Shown here: positions 52,484-63,784 of the stretch, in pieces
Position numbering within the stretch: position 1 is the first letter of the stretch
Layout of the letters: each line of letters starts with the position of its first letter
Source: Candidatus Bathyarchaeota archaeon
Lineage (GTDB): Archaea; Thermoproteota; Bathyarchaeia; TCS64
Direction of reading: 5' to 3'
Assembly (NCBI GenBank): GCA_963769425.1
Contig: CAVYLP010000006.1
Span: 416,001 to 480,000, forward strand
Length of the DNA: 64,000 nt
Program-made: the position numbers and the translations under genes
The notes under the pieces: model-generated
Database searches by the model: none
The model's input: only the letters and a program-made list of their open reading frames with translations
What the model was told of the DNA's origin: nothing

Positions 52484-53377
52484 ATGGCAGGACTTAACCT
52501 CGAGGGAGTCTACGTCCCCAATGTCACGCCATTCGACGAGAAGGGGGAGATACAGTACGACGCACTCGGCGAGCTGATCGAGTACTGGATAGGCGCCGGC
52601 GTATCCGGGATAGTCGCCAACGCGAGCACTGGCGAGTCCCCGTACCTCAGTAGGGAGGAGCTGACCAGTATGCTTGGCTTCGTCCTCGAGAAGGTGGACG
52701 GGCGAGTGCAGGTCATCGCTGGCACGGGAGCCATGGCGACGAGGGAGACGATAGAGTTCACCCGGGACGCAAAGAACGCAGGCGCCGGGGGTGCCCTCAT
52801 CACTACGCCCTACTTCTACCGCCCGAGCGAGGAGGAGCTTTACCGCCACTACGCCGCGGTCCTCTCAGCCGTCGACCTCCCCTCTATAATCTACAACGTT
52901 CCAAAGTTCACCGGCTATAGCATCGCCCCCAAAACGATCGCTCGGATCGCCGATGACTGCAGCGACCTCGCCGGCGTCAAGGACAGCAGCGGGAGCCCCG
53001 GCAACATGGCGGAGATAATCCGACTGTGCGGCGACAGGATAGCCTGCCTCAGCGGGGCGGCGGACATGTTCCTCCCGACCCTCAGCCTCGGCGGGAGGGG
53101 CGCGGTCCTCGCCATAGCAAACGTCGTCCCGGGGACCTGCGTCGAGCTATACAAAGCCTTCCGAAACGGTGACATAGCCACGGCTGGGAAGAGGCAGAGA
53201 ACAGCCAGCCACGTGAATAACGTCCTCGTAGCCAGTTTTCCACAGGTCGCGGCCATCAAGTCCGCCCTCAACCGCATGGGATACGGTGCAGGTGCCCCGC
53301 GGCAGCCGCTCCTCCCCCTGAACGAGGCTCAGGAGAAGGCCGCTGCCGAGGCCTTGAAAAACACGAAGCTATACTAA
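52484..53377 (+). CDS. DapA/NAL-family aldolase (dihydrodipicolinate synthase-like)
   Basis: VTPFD, ASTGE, TPYFY, IYNVPKFTG, GVKDSSG. Confidence 0.9.
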   Translation: MAGLNLEGVYVPNVTPFDEKGEIQYDALGELIEYWIGAGVSGIVANASTGESPYLSREELTSMLGFVLEKVDGRVQVIAGTGAMATRETIEFTRDAKNAGAGGALITTPYFYRPSEEELYRHYAAVLSAVDLPSIIYNVPKFTGYSIAPKTIARIADDCSDLAGVKDSSGSPGNMAEIIRLCGDRIACLSGAADMFLPTLSLGGRGAVLAIANVVPGTCVELYKAFRNGDIATAGKRQRTASHVNNVLVASFPQVAAIKSALNRMGYGAGAPRQPLLPLNEAQEKAAAEALKNTKLY

Positions 53378-54849
53378 GAACTAGGTTTTTTTTCGGTCAA
53401 CGACAGTATGACCGTCACAGCCAGCGAGAGGGGTATGCTCACAATACCAGGGTTCTCCAGCGGGAAGATCGCTGCAGCCCCCATAACGGTGGGACTCAGG
53501 ATTATCAACAGGATCGAGGATGCGAGCCCTGTCCAGATGCCCGCAACGATGCCGCGCTCCTTCGCCCCCTTCCAGAAGATGGTGCACAGCAGCGCTGGCA
53601 GGTTCGCTGACGCTGCGATGGCAAAAGCAAGTCCGACGAGGAAGGCGACGTTCTGCCCCTTCGCAACTATTCCTAACGCGATAGCTAGTATCCCGACCCC
53701 CACAGCCGTTATCTTCGATATGCGAAGGATAGTCGCGTCACTCCGCTCTTTCCCCAGGTACTCAGTGTAGATGTCGTGCGCTATCGCCCCGGCTGCGGCC
53801 ATGATCAACCCGGAAACGGTCCCGAGTATGGTCGCGAAGGCTATGCTGCTGATGAGGGAGAAGAAAACCTCACCGCCTATGAAGTTGGCCAGCAGAGGGG
53901 CTGAGAGGTTCTGGTTCGTCGCGTCGTATGTGCGGAAGTAGTTCGCGCCGAGGCCGAGGAACAGGGTGAGGATGTAGAAGACGCCTATCGCGCCTATGGC
54001 GACGACGGTGGACTTTCTAGCGTCAGCCGGCGTTGGCACAGTGTAGTACCTAATCAGGACATGGGGTAGAGCCGCTGTCCCGAGTATCAGCCCCATCGCT
54101 AGGCTTGCGAAGTCCGTCGGGTTATGGTACTTGAGCCCCGGTGAGAGGAAGACATCCCCTGTCACAGTACCCCCGCTCGGCAGCAGGACGCTCTGGTTGT
54201 TGAGGATGCTCGTGATGAAGCTTATCGGGTCCTTCCCAGCGACGACGAGTACGCCGATGGTGAGGCCGAGCGCCGCGAGCAGAAGCAGGAACCCCTTGAT
54301 GAACTGGACATAGGTCGTGGATACCATCCCCGCCGTGGCCACAATCAGGATGACCAAAGCGCCGACGATGACGACCCCCACTTCGTATTGGAACCCGAGC
54401 AGGGGTTGGACTATACTCCCCGCCCCAACGATCTGAGGGATGAGGTAGAAGATGCTCACAACCAGCGTGCTCACCGCCGCGGCGAGCCTCACCCTCTTGC
54501 TCTTGAAGACGCTGACTAGCGCATCACCGAATGTGTACTTGCCCATCCGTCGGAGCGGCTCGGCGACGAGTAGGAGCGCCACGACCCACCCTGCGAGGAA
54601 ACCGATACTGTACATGAAGCCGTCGAAGCCGGAGAAGGCGATCAACCCGGCTATACCGAGGAAGCTCGCCGCGCTCAGGTAGTCACCGGCGAAGGCGATG
54701 CCGTTCATCAGCCACTTGACGCCTCCCCCCGCGACGTAGTAGTGGCTCGATGTCTTTACGCGCCTCGCTGCCCAGAAGCTGATGGCGAGGGTAATCCCGA
54801 CGATGATGGCGAAGAGCATGAAAGCCAACGGGTGGAAACTGTAATCCAA
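53374..54849 (-). CDS. actP: Cation/acetate symporter ActP (SSS family)
   Basis: NGIAFAGDYLSAASFLG, GTAALPHVLIRYYTVP, NVAFLVGLAFAIAASAN. Confidence 0.9.
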   Translation of the reverse strand: MDYSFHPLAFMLFAIIVGITLAISFWAARRVKTSSHYYVAGGGVKWLMNGIAFAGDYLSAASFLGIAGLIAFSGFDGFMYSIGFLAGWVVALLLVAEPLRRMGKYTFGDALVSVFKSKRVRLAAAVSTLVVSIFYLIPQIVGAGSIVQPLLGFQYEVGVVIVGALVILIVATAGMVSTTYVQFIKGFLLLLAALGLTIGVLVVAGKDPISFITSILNNQSVLLPSGGTVTGDVFLSPGLKYHNPTDFASLAMGLILGTAALPHVLIRYYTVPTPADARKSTVVAIGAIGVFYILTLFLGLGANYFRTYDATNQNLSAPLLANFIGGEVFFSLISSIAFATILGTVSGLIMAAAGAIAHDIYTEYLGKERSDATILRISKITAVGVGILAIALGIVAKGQNVAFLVGLAFAIAASANLPALLCTIFWKGAKERGIVAGIWTGLASSILLIILSPTVMGAAAIFPLENPGIVSIPLSLAVTVILSLTEKKPSS

Positions 54850-54850
54850 C

Positions 54851-55111
54851 TCACGACTCCTCCGTCTTCCCCGCGAACCAGTTGTAGAGTAGGGCGATCA
54901 CGATCGCCGAGATGATGATCAGCATGCCGCTGACGACACCGAGGTTGAGGCCGCCGAGCCTCAGCGTGAGGACGCTCCTGAAGAACGTCCCCGCCAAAGT
55001 GAAGAGGGTATAACCAACGATGTAGACGGCGAAGAGGGCCAAGCCAAAGCGGAACTTCCGCCTCTCCGCTTTATGTCTAGCCATGGAATCATCTAAACGG
55101 TCATCAACCAT
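54851..55111 (-). CDS. DUF485/YjcH-like small membrane partner of ActP
   Basis: Two TM helices, directly upstream of actP. Confidence 0.8.
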   Translation of the reverse strand: MVDDRLDDSMARHKAERRKFRFGLALFAVYIVGYTLFTLAGTFFRSVLTLRLGGLNLGVVSGMLIIISAIVIALLYNWFAGKTEES

Positions 55112-55456
55112 ACAAAGCACCATTAGTACAGTAAATACTCTAAAGACCATTTATCACCGAGTTGGCGTAAAGAACTTTCTCCCATCAGCGGCAATCGTCA
55201 GAATATTCATCGCCAAATAACACCCTACAAAACCATGAAACAGAGCATCGCCGAAGTAATGGGAGGCTACGAGATCGCGGACCAATCTCACACCTTCGAG
55301 GAGGGGATGTATCTCATCGCCCTACCCCCTCAAGATCGGTGAAGGCACAGGCTCTTCTAAAAGGGCCATCGCCCTCGCCCCCAGAAACCCTACCCATAAA
55401 TGAGAAGCCTCCGAATCTAACTTAAATCCCGATACCCCTAGGATAGATCGAGGACA

Positions 55457-55918
55457 ATGTTCGACCCCGTTTTCAGCAAGGTGCTAGTCGCATACGACGG
55501 CTCAGACGCATCCAAGAGGGCTCTCGACCACGCGGCTAAGATGGCGGCCATGTTCGAGGGGGAACTCATCATACTCACGGTCGTCCCGAAGGTCTCCGTG
55601 CCCGTCTACTCCAACGCTGAGCTCGGCGCGCAGGCGATGGACATCGCCAGCCTCCAGGAGCGTATGCGCGAGAACTACGGCCAGTCGATAAAGAAGGCAG
55701 AGGAGGAGATCCATGGTTTATACCCCCACCTCAAAGTCGACACCATCCTCACGGAGGGGAGACCCGCCTCAATCATCGTCTCCGAGGCGGACAAGCAGGG
55801 CGTCAGCCTCATAGTGATGGGGAGCAGGGGACTCGGCGGGATCACGGGGTGGATACTCGGAAGCACGAGCCGCCAGGTCGTCGACCTTTGCACCAAGGCC
55901 ATCCTTATAGTAAAGTAG
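55457..55918 (+). CDS. Universal stress protein UspA family
   Basis: VLVAYDGS, IVMGSRGLGG, LGSTS. Confidence 0.93.
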   Translation: MFDPVFSKVLVAYDGSDASKRALDHAAKMAAMFEGELIILTVVPKVSVPVYSNAELGAQAMDIASLQERMRENYGQSIKKAEEEIHGLYPHLKVDTILTEGRPASIIVSEADKQGVSLIVMGSRGLGGITGWILGSTSRQVVDLCTKAILIVK

Positions 55919-55990
55919 GCCCCCCTTTTTCACCCACGCCTCTACGGTAACCTTTAACACACTCGCCAACGGGATACAATACGAAAACCG

Positions 55991-57319
55991 ATGGTCCTAG
56001 AGAAGCTCGGCTCTAGTCTCTACGACGCACTACGTAAGGTCATAAAGGCATCAGTTGTAGACGAGGCCCTGGTCAAGGAACTGATCCGAGACTTCCAGCG
56101 AGCACTCCTGCAAGCCGACGTAAACGTCGCCCTCGTCATGCAGCTAAGCCAGAACATCGAGAAGAGGGCGTTAAACGAGGAGCTCCCACCGGGCATAAGT
56201 CGCAGGGAGCACGTCGTCAAGGTCGTCTACGATGAGCTGACCAAGTTCGTCGGCGAGAAGCAGGACGACATAAAGATCGTACCCGGTAAACAGAACATCC
56301 TGATGCTCGTTGGCATCCAAGGCTCGGGGAAGACGACTACGGCGGGTAAGCTCGCCCGCTACTACCAGAAGAGGGGCCTCAAGACGGGGCTCATCACCTG
56401 TGACACCTTCCGGCCAGGCGCCTTCAACCAGCTGAAGCAGATTTCAGAACAGATCAAGGTCGACTTCTACGGCGAGCTTGATAGCAAGGATGCCGTCTCT
56501 GTCGCGAAGCACGGCGTGGACCGCTTCAAGTCGTACGAGGTCGTCATCCTCGATACCTCGGGTCGTCACAAGGAGGAGAAGGGGCTCATCGAGGAGATGC
56601 AACAGATCGCCGCAGCGGTGAAGCCCCAGGAGATAATCCTCGTCCTCGACGGCACCATCGGGCAGCAGGCATCCTCTCAGGCCCAAGCATTCATGGAGGC
56701 GACTCCCATCGGCAGCATCATCGTCTCCAAACTCGACGGCACAGCCAGGGGCGGAGGCGCGCTCAGCGGCGTCGCCGCCACGGGCGCCCACATCAAGTTC
56801 ATCGGTACCGGCGAGAAGATCGAGGACATAGAGCCATTCGCACCAGGCCGCTTCGTCGGCCGCCTACTCGGAATGGGGGATATAGACGGACTCGTCGCCA
56901 AGGTCAAGGAGGCCGAGATCCAGCCCAGCGAGAAGGACGTCCGCCAGATGATGAGCGGGAAGTTCAGTCTACAGGACATGTACGACCAGTTCGAGGCGAT
57001 GAGCAAGATGGGCCCCATCCAGAAAGTCCTAGGTATGATCCCTGGGATGAGCTACCAGCTCCCGGAGGCCGACATGGAGAAGGCCGAGGAGCGCCTCGAG
57101 AAGTGGAAGGTCATAATCAGGAGCATGACCATCGAGGAGAAGGAGGACCCGAAGGTCATCAACTCAAGCCGCATGAAGCGCATCGCCCGTGGCTCGGGCA
57201 CCACCGAGGCCGACGTTAGGGAGCTGATCAAACAGCATGAGAACATGAAGAAGATGTTCAAGCAGCTCAAGGGGAACCGCCGCCTCAGGAACATGCCTAT
57301 GAAGATGTTCCAGAGATAG
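55991..57319 (+). CDS. srp54: Signal recognition particle protein SRP54
   Basis: [34 protein letters not shown], Met-rich M domain. Confidence 0.97.
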   Translation: MVLEKLGSSLYDALRKVIKASVVDEALVKELIRDFQRALLQADVNVALVMQLSQNIEKRALNEELPPGISRREHVVKVVYDELTKFVGEKQDDIKIVPGKQNILMLVGIQGSGKTTTAGKLARYYQKRGLKTGLITCDTFRPGAFNQLKQISEQIKVDFYGELDSKDAVSVAKHGVDRFKSYEVVILDTSGRHKEEKGLIEEMQQIAAAVKPQEIILVLDGTIGQQASSQAQAFMEATPIGSIIVSKLDGTARGGGALSGVAATGAHIKFIGTGEKIEDIEPFAPGRFVGRLLGMGDIDGLVAKVKEAEIQPSEKDVRQMMSGKFSLQDMYDQFEAMSKMGPIQKVLGMIPGMSYQLPEADMEKAEERLEKWKVIIRSMTIEEKEDPKVINSSRMKRIARGSGTTEADVRELIKQHENMKKMFKQLKGNRRLRNMPMKMFQR

Positions 57320-57320
57320 A

Positions 57321-59211
57321 CTACCTGAGAAGGCCCCTCTTCTCCAGCTTCTCGACCACCTCGGGAAGATCCAGCGCCTCCAGCGTCTCCCTCCGTTGTA
57401 GTCCCGTCCCCGGGTCCCAGCCATGGAGGGTGTAGTACTCGTCGAGCATCCTCTCCCACTTCTCGTGGTCGATGCGCTCCCCCTTGTAGGGCCCAGACTT
57501 CACCGGCTCCTCCCAGAACCTCTTCGGTGGATGGTCATCCCGACGGGTGAACCCACCGTGGAGCACGTTGAACGCCTTCTCGAGGTTGACGACCTGGCGC
57601 CCTATCCTCATGAACCGGTCGACTGATATGTCCATCCCCGTGAGACTGCTCGCCAGTTCAGCGACGTATTTCGCCGCGTCGGGGGCGGCCTTCGTCTCCC
57701 AGGATAGGAGCCCATTGTTGTAGAGGCAGGTCCCCGTCATGTCGACTATGGCTTTGAACTGTTCCTGCATGTGAACGCCGTAGGGGACGCCCTCGTAGCT
57801 GAGGAACTCCTCAGGGGTGAAGCTGTGCGTCGCGCCACGTAGGTGGCGCCCGGCTGATGCTGAGGTGACGACGCCGAAGCCCCACCCCTTGGAGATGCGA
57901 ATGCCGTCGACGGTGTCCTGTCCCTTTATATGGAGCGCGAACTCCTCCGACCCCTTGCCCAGCCTCTCCGCCGCGGCTTTGACGCCGTCTGCGAGCAATT
58001 CACCGAACCCCTCCCTGTACGCGATCTTCTCTATGAGAGCCAGACACGGCGTCGTGGTTGCCCCACTTAAGCTCCAAACCATCGGTGTCCTTCTTCGTGA
58101 GAAGCCCTTTCTCGTAGCATTCGAAGGCCCAAGCGATGACGACGGACACGTTATCCCCGTCGAGCCCGAGCTGGTTCGTCCGCAGATGCGCCTTGATCGC
58201 CGCCTCGGGGTTGGAGCAGTCCACCCGTGTGCAGAAACTGTTGCTGCTGTTGTTCCACCACCCCTCCCCCTCGATCGCGTATGGACCATCTGGCACGAGC
58301 ATCCACGGCATGCAGCCGACTGGGCAGCCGTAGCAGGCGAGTATCTTCGTCCTGTACTTCTTCATGGCGTCGCCGGAGACTAGCTTGATCTTCTCGGGGT
58401 CCCAGTACTCGTCCTGCCCGTTCCGTACGGGGCGGAAGCCGGCCTCCCACGCGGGGCTGCCGTAGTAGCTCTCGACGCCGTAGTAGCCATCGACGCGGTA
58501 CTTCGCCGCCTTCGGGAACTGCTCAATCTTCTCCCTAGCAGCATCAACCGCTTTGATGAACCTCTCCGGCTCCGCGATGGCTATCGACTGTGTGCCCCTT
58601 GCGGCGATCGCCTTGAGGTTCTTGGAACCAAGGATTGCGCCGATGCCCGAACCCCCAGCGGCCTTCGACCTGTCGGATATGACGCAGGCTGACTTGACGA
58701 GATTCTCGCCGGCGGGGCCGATGCCTATTACGCGTACCTCGTCGTCGCGCTGCTCCGCCCTGATGGCGCGCTCGGTCTCCCAAGTCGTCTTCCCCCAGAC
58801 CCCGTGGGCGTCCCTCAGCTCCGCATCCCCCTCGTTCAGCCAGAGGTAGACGGGCTCATCGGCGCGCCCCGTGAATACCAGTGTGTCGAAACCCGCGTGC
58901 TTCATCTCCGCACCGAAGTGTCCACCGCAGTTCGCGGAGCCGACGCCCCCCGTGAATGCGTTCTTTGTGTCGATGGATATCCTGCTCCCGAACGGGGACA
59001 AGGTGCCGACGAGTGGGCCGACGCCGAACAGCACCATGTTCTCGGGGGCCAACGGCCTCACGGAGGGGTCCAGCTCGTTGAAGAGTATCCAGGCGTTGAT
59101 GCCCCTGCCACCGACGACCCTGTCCGCGTACCTAGCCGTCGGCTCAACGATGAGCCTCCCGCGGGTAAGGTCGACCCTGAGCATCTTCCCGGCGTATCCC
59201 GGGCGCCTCAT
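57321..59211 (-). CDS. Divergent tungsten AOR-family oxidoreductase (frameshift ~58045)
   Basis: GGRGIN, GPAGENLV, GAILGSKNLKAI, CYGCPVGC, IAYREGFGELLADG, HIKGQD, YYTLHGWD. Confidence 0.88.
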
Positions 59212-59447
59212 TGCTTGACGCTCCTCGCGCCATAGGCGCAGTACTTGACGCATAGCAGAGTCTCCTCCCCGGCGCACCAATCGCATGTGGAGTCGAGGCT
59301 CATGGTGATCTTCGCCGAGTCGTTGTCCCGGTGGATGTGTGTGCTTACCACGGCGGGGTTGAACGCCTCATGGCCGGTGTGGTGGAGGGAACAAGCGGCC
59401 TCGCAGAGCTTGCACCCCTTGCAGCGGGTGGGATCAAGGAGGATCAA
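59208..59447 (-). CDS. Small [4Fe-4S] ferredoxin-like partner
   Basis: CKGCKLCEAAC...CDWC...CVKYC; ATGA overlap with the AOR gene. Confidence 0.85.
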   Translation of the reverse strand: MILLDPTRCKGCKLCEAACSLHHTGHEAFNPAVVSTHIHRDNDSAKITMSLDSTCDWCAGEETLLCVKYCAYGARSVKQ

Positions 59448-59490
59448 TCGTGATTCCTGAGAAAAATGGCTCGGGGGTAAATGAACCTGT

Positions 59491-61473
59491 CTAGAGGTAG
59501 GTCTCGAACCAACGGAGGATGTGTCCTAGGCGCGCCTCTCTGTGCTTCGGCTTCCCGCTGCGGCTCAACTCATGGTTCTCCCCAGGGAACCTGATGAACT
59601 CGGTGGGGACGCCGAGATACTTGAGGGCAGTGAAGAACTGCTCCCCCTGCTCCATGGGGCAGCGGTAGTCCTCCTCGCTGTGGAGGACGAGGGTCGGGGT
59701 CTTGACGTTCTTGACGTACCTTATGGGGCTCTTCGCCATGAACTCTTCCTCGTTCTCCCACGGGACACCGAGCATCTCCCTCCTCCCGAATGTCCATCCG
59801 ATGTCGGATGTGCCGAAGAAGCTCACCCAGTTGCTTATGCTACGCATTGTCACCGCTGCTTTGAAACGGGTCGTGTGTGTGACTATCCAGTTCGTCATGT
59901 AGCCGCCGTAGCTGCCTCCGAGGCAGGCGAGGCTCTCACCGTCGATCCAGTCGAAGGTCTTGATGCAGTGGTCGACGGCCTCCATGATGTCGGCGTAGTC
60001 CTGCTCACCGTAGTGGCCGGGTAGCCCCGCCTGGAAGTCCTCCGAGTAACCCCCGCTCCCCCACGGGTTGATGTACATGACAGCGTAGCCCCGACCAGCG
60101 AGAACTTGGTGCTCGTGCATGAAGGCGTTGCCGAAGACGCCGCGGGGTCCGCCGTGTATCTCGACGACCATCGGGTACTTCTTCCCCTTCTTGAAGCCGC
60201 TCGGCTTCATTATCCAGCCCTCGACGACGTGGCCTCCACTGGACGTGAAGGTGAAGCGCTCGTGTGGGCGGAGGTCCAGGTCCTGACACCACTTCTTGTT
60301 GAAGTCGGTGATCTGCCTGTCCTTGCCGTTGGTCCTGATCCAGAGGTCTGGCGGCCTCGTCGTGGCGAGTGCCATGTAGGCGAGAGCCCCCTCCCTGTTC
60401 ATGCTCCAGGACTCTACGCCGTGGTCGACCTCGCCGAGGAGTTTCTGGACCTTGCCCCCCTTCGCCTTGACCCTGTTTAACGTGCTGACACCGGCGAAGT
60501 TTGATGTGAAGTAGATGAACCCGTCTCCGCCCCAGAGGGGCGTCGGGTCTATCGAGGAGACGCGCACGTCGCAGCTCAGCTTCACGCCGAGGTCGGGCTC
60601 GAAGTCCTCGGTGACCTTCCTCGGGGCTCCCCCCTCGGCGGGCATCACCCAGATGTCTGCCTTGGTCGCGCCGCCCTTCCTGTAGTCGTGGCCCGCGAAC
60701 GCGATCTCCTTACCGTCCGGGGATGGTGACACACCGACCATGCCGCCACCCGCGCCGTGGATGCTCCAAGTCCCCTCGGTGAGCCTCCTCGGCTCCCCCC
60801 TCGGGTCGACCAGATAGATGTGATCGTAGTCGTCCCGATCCGCATCCGGGTCGGTGTTCCCATAGAATAGTATGTCGGAGCCAATCCATTCGGCCCCCTC
60901 GATCTTGTACTCTCCCTTCGTCACCTGCTTCGGCTTACCGCCCCTCAGAGGGATGGTAAAGGCGTGCTTGTATATGCCCGGATAGAAGCCTCTGCCGTTG
61001 AACTTGTAGCCCAGGCGCGTGATGCGCTTGGCGTCTCCCTTGGGTTCCTCGGGCTGCGTGGGGCTGATGAAGAGTATCTGCTTCCCGTCGGGGCTCCACC
61101 TAGGCGCCTCGACGCCGAGTTTCAGGTTGGTGAACTTCCTCGCCTCCCCGCCGTCGATCGGGATGACATATAGCTGGGGCTTCTTCTTCTCCTCCCCCTC
61201 TTTGGTGGGGGGCGTTGACGTGAAGGCAAGCCTCTTCCCGTCGGGGGACCACCGCGGCCCCTTGTCCTTCCCCCTCCCCAAGGTGAACTGAGAGGATGTA
61301 CCCGTCTTAGAATCCGTCACCCAGATGTCGCTCACGTATTCGTCCTTCTCGTAGTCGAACGTCGTGTGGACGAAGGCTACGCTTCGTCCATCCGGAGAGA
61401 TGCGGGGATCCGACACCATCCTGAGCCTGAAAAGGTCCTTTACCTCAACCGGTTTCCTCTTCGCCAAGAACAC
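59491..61473 (-). CDS. S9 family acylaminoacyl/oligopeptidase
   Basis: SPDG propeller repeats, IHGGP, GGSYGG, EDYRC, ENHELS. Confidence 0.94.
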   Translation of the reverse strand: MFLAKRKPVEVKDLFRLRMVSDPRISPDGRSVAFVHTTFDYEKDEYVSDIWVTDSKTGTSSQFTLGRGKDKGPRWSPDGKRLAFTSTPPTKEGEEKKKPQLYVIPIDGGEARKFTNLKLGVEAPRWSPDGKQILFISPTQPEEPKGDAKRITRLGYKFNGRGFYPGIYKHAFTIPLRGGKPKQVTKGEYKIEGAEWIGSDILFYGNTDPDADRDDYDHIYLVDPRGEPRRLTEGTWSIHGAGGGMVGVSPSPDGKEIAFAGHDYRKGGATKADIWVMPAEGGAPRKVTEDFEPDLGVKLSCDVRVSSIDPTPLWGGDGFIYFTSNFAGVSTLNRVKAKGGKVQKLLGEVDHGVESWSMNREGALAYMALATTRPPDLWIRTNGKDRQITDFNKKWCQDLDLRPHERFTFTSSGGHVVEGWIMKPSGFKKGKKYPMVVEIHGGPRGVFGNAFMHEHQVLAGRGYAVMYINPWGSGGYSEDFQAGLPGHYGEQDYADIMEAVDHCIKTFDWIDGESLACLGGSYGGYMTNWIVTHTTRFKAAVTMRSISNWVSFFGTSDIGWTFGRREMLGVPWENEEEFMAKSPIRYVKNVKTPTLVLHSEEDYRCPMEQGEQFFTALKYLGVPTEFIRFPGENHELSRSGKPKHREARLGHILRWFETYL

Positions 61474-61612
61474 TCACATGGTTAAGTTTCTTCGTATTCT
61501 TTAAAAAACCCCCGAGTGGGAGCGGTCGAAATTAATAGAACTTATAAAAGAGTGTGTTGATTAGGTGTGGTGCTCAGCCGGGGGCTATACCACCGGAGAT
61601 GGGGCGAAAATA

Positions 61613-61906
61613 ATGGGAAAGAGCCAAGGACTACGCAGAAAGAGCAGGGCTGCTCTCACTAAGAAGGTCAGGGAGCACGGGAAGATTCCGCTTACGAGGC
61701 TACTTACAGAGTACCTACCTGGTGAGAAGGTCATTATAAAGATCGACCCAGCCATCCACAAGGGCATGCCCCACAAGAGGTTCGCAGGGCAGGTCGCCAC
61801 AGTCAAAGCAAAGCGCGGGAAGGCATACGTCCTCGAGATCCCGCAGACAAAGATAGTCAAGACCATCATCGCGCTACCCCAGCACCTCAGGAAGCACGTC
61901 GATTAA
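61613..61906 (+). CDS. rpl21e: 50S ribosomal protein eL21
   Basis: KIDPAIHKGMPHKRFAGQ...PQHLR. Confidence 0.95.
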   Translation: MGKSQGLRRKSRAALTKKVREHGKIPLTRLLTEYLPGEKVIIKIDPAIHKGMPHKRFAGQVATVKAKRGKAYVLEIPQTKIVKTIIALPQHLRKHVD

Positions 61907-61919
61907 GGGGCAAAACGCC

Positions 61920-62246
61920 ATGTCTGTAGTTGAGAAAAAGGAGATAACTGTCGCCGAGGCGAAAGCGCTTCTAGAGGCTAAGGCGGAGGAACTCGATCCC
62001 CTACAGCGCAGGGTACTCGACTACACGGTTCGCTTCGCTAAGACGGGCAGCGCCGATTCCGATAAGCTCGTTTCCGAGCTCATGGAGAAGGGCGGGATCG
62101 ACAGGCAGCTAGCCGTTCAGCTTGCGAACTGCATGCCGGGCAGCATCGCGGAGATCCGCACGTTCCTGGGTCGCCAGAGGATCATATCCGAAGAGGCCGT
62201 CGGCAGCATCCTGACAATAATCAAGAAATACAGGACCACACAATAG
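61920..62246 (+). CDS. rpo4: RNA polymerase subunit Rpo4 (RpoF)
   Basis: QRRVLDYTVRFAK, AVQLANCMPGSIAEIR; canonical position after rpl21e. Confidence 0.9.
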   Translation: MSVVEKKEITVAEAKALLEAKAEELDPLQRRVLDYTVRFAKTGSADSDKLVSELMEKGGIDRQLAVQLANCMPGSIAEIRTFLGRQRIISEEAVGSILTIIKKYRTTQ

Positions 62247-62251
62247 TTCAC

Positions 62252-62866
62252 GTGCAGGCCAGCCCGGGTGTGAACGTTTTGTATAGGGACCAGAAGAAGT
62301 ACGAGGAGTACGCATACGTCCTAGACTACCTCGAACACGGTCGCCCTGGGGCGCTGAGGACCCCGCATAGCTCCAGCGGGATCATCCAGATGGTCGGCGA
62401 GTCATATTTCACATTGCTGGAGGCCTCCCCGAAGAAAGACGCTGAGTACAACCCCCGCGACAGGATATTCGTTGGCAAGGGCGACAGGGCCCTAGTCTCC
62501 CATATCATAGGGAGGGTTACTTACTCAGAACTCACAAACTCAGCCAAGGCTGAGTTACCGGGGGTTGTCGAGATAATAGTCAGAGCGAACGAGCAGTTCT
62601 TCGTCAACTTCTTCAACACGAGCCAACCGGTTACACCGAGGATGCACAGCCTCGAGCTTATCCCAGGCATCGGGAAGAGGCTCATGTTCCAGATCCTTGA
62701 CCTTAGGGAGAAGGCTCCTTTCGTGAACTTCAAGGACATCGAGGAAAGGGTTAACCTGAAGGACCCCCCGGCGCAGCTCGCAAAGAGGGTCCTCGAGGAG
62801 CTCAGCCAAGAGGAGAAATACCTACTCTTCACGAGGCCGAGCGCCGACCACGTCTACCAGCAGTAG
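62252..62866 (+). CDS. DUF655 putative nucleic-acid-binding protein
   Basis: EEYAYVLDY, GESYFTLLE, RMHSLELIPGIGKR; canonical position after rpo4. Confidence 0.92.
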   Translation: MQASPGVNVLYRDQKKYEEYAYVLDYLEHGRPGALRTPHSSSGIIQMVGESYFTLLEASPKKDAEYNPRDRIFVGKGDRALVSHIIGRVTYSELTNSAKAELPGVVEIIVRANEQFFVNFFNTSQPVTPRMHSLELIPGIGKRLMFQILDLREKAPFVNFKDIEERVNLKDPPAQLAKRVLEELSQEEKYLLFTRPSADHVYQQ

Positions 62867-62919
62867 CCGTCTGATAATCCTTTTACCCTGAGGGGTATTA
62901 TTCTCACCCTGATTGGGTC

Positions 62920-63681
62920 TTGAGGCTCGACGACGAGATCGGGGAGCTGAGGAAGGAGCTCCAGAGCTTCCGTACTGAGACGCGGCAAAGACTAGAACTC
63001 ATAGAAAGCGAGGTCACAAAACAGGTGAGCCTGAACTATAACCGGGCGATCGTCGACTACCTGCAGAGCGCGACGCTTGATTTCATCGACTCGATGAAGT
63101 GTGAGAGGGGCGGGGATGCGGAGGCGAGGTGCAAACAGAAGATGAGGGAGACCCAGAGGCAGTACCTGGAGCTCCTGAAGGCTGGGAGGCTCAGGGATAG
63201 CCTCGGGGCTCTGAAGGAGGCAATCGAGGTCTCAACGGGGATGGAGAAGGGACTCGCCTCAAGCGGTAACATAGTATGCGCAGAGTGCATGAGGAAGGAA
63301 GCCGATTTCCTCGAAATCAATGGTGGCCTCCTCAGTCAGCTCACGATGCTGCAGGAGCCGTTGGCCCCGGTCTCGGACGAGAGAAGCACGATTGTGACGC
63401 TGGACCCTGTCGCGATGGAGCAGAGTGTCCTCGACCCTGTCGCCCATAGGGCGCGACTTCAGGTTATGCTGAGCATCTTCAAGGGGGAGAATAGGTTCGC
63501 TGACTTCACAGCAGCCACTGGATTGAAGGGGGGTCACCTGCTCTATCATATAAACAAGCTACTCGAGGGGGGTCTAGTCCAGCAATATGAGTCGAAGGAC
63601 TACGTGCTGACACGGAAGGGGCTGAAGACGCTTGTTCTCCTCGCGCAGATGGGGGACGAGCTCGCCCCCGCGGGGAACTGA
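62920..63681 (+). CDS. Transcriptional regulator with C-terminal ArsR-like wHTH
   Basis: PVAHRARLQVM...RFADFTAATGLKGGHLLYHINKL...YVLTRKG; N-terminal Cys residues. Confidence 0.8.
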   Translation: MRLDDEIGELRKELQSFRTETRQRLELIESEVTKQVSLNYNRAIVDYLQSATLDFIDSMKCERGGDAEARCKQKMRETQRQYLELLKAGRLRDSLGALKEAIEVSTGMEKGLASSGNIVCAECMRKEADFLEINGGLLSQLTMLQEPLAPVSDERSTIVTLDPVAMEQSVLDPVAHRARLQVMLSIFKGENRFADFTAATGLKGGHLLYHINKLLEGGLVQQYESKDYVLTRKGLKTLVLLAQMGDELAPAGN

Positions 63682-63784
63682 CTTGCGCCACCTCTTATAG
63701 TGGAAATAATTTTTATGGGCCGCTCCCGTGGCGGGGAGCCATTATGTTTTTAAGAATCGTCATGTGCATGTCTGTGGATAAACC

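Noticed and set aside
55235-55342. 35-codon ORF MKQSIAEVMGGYEIADQ...
   Set aside because: No recognisable family; possibly a remnant.
63717-63742. GC-rich hairpin as a tRNA fragment
   Set aside because: No cloverleaf or T-arm motif; only a short stem upstream of rpl10e.
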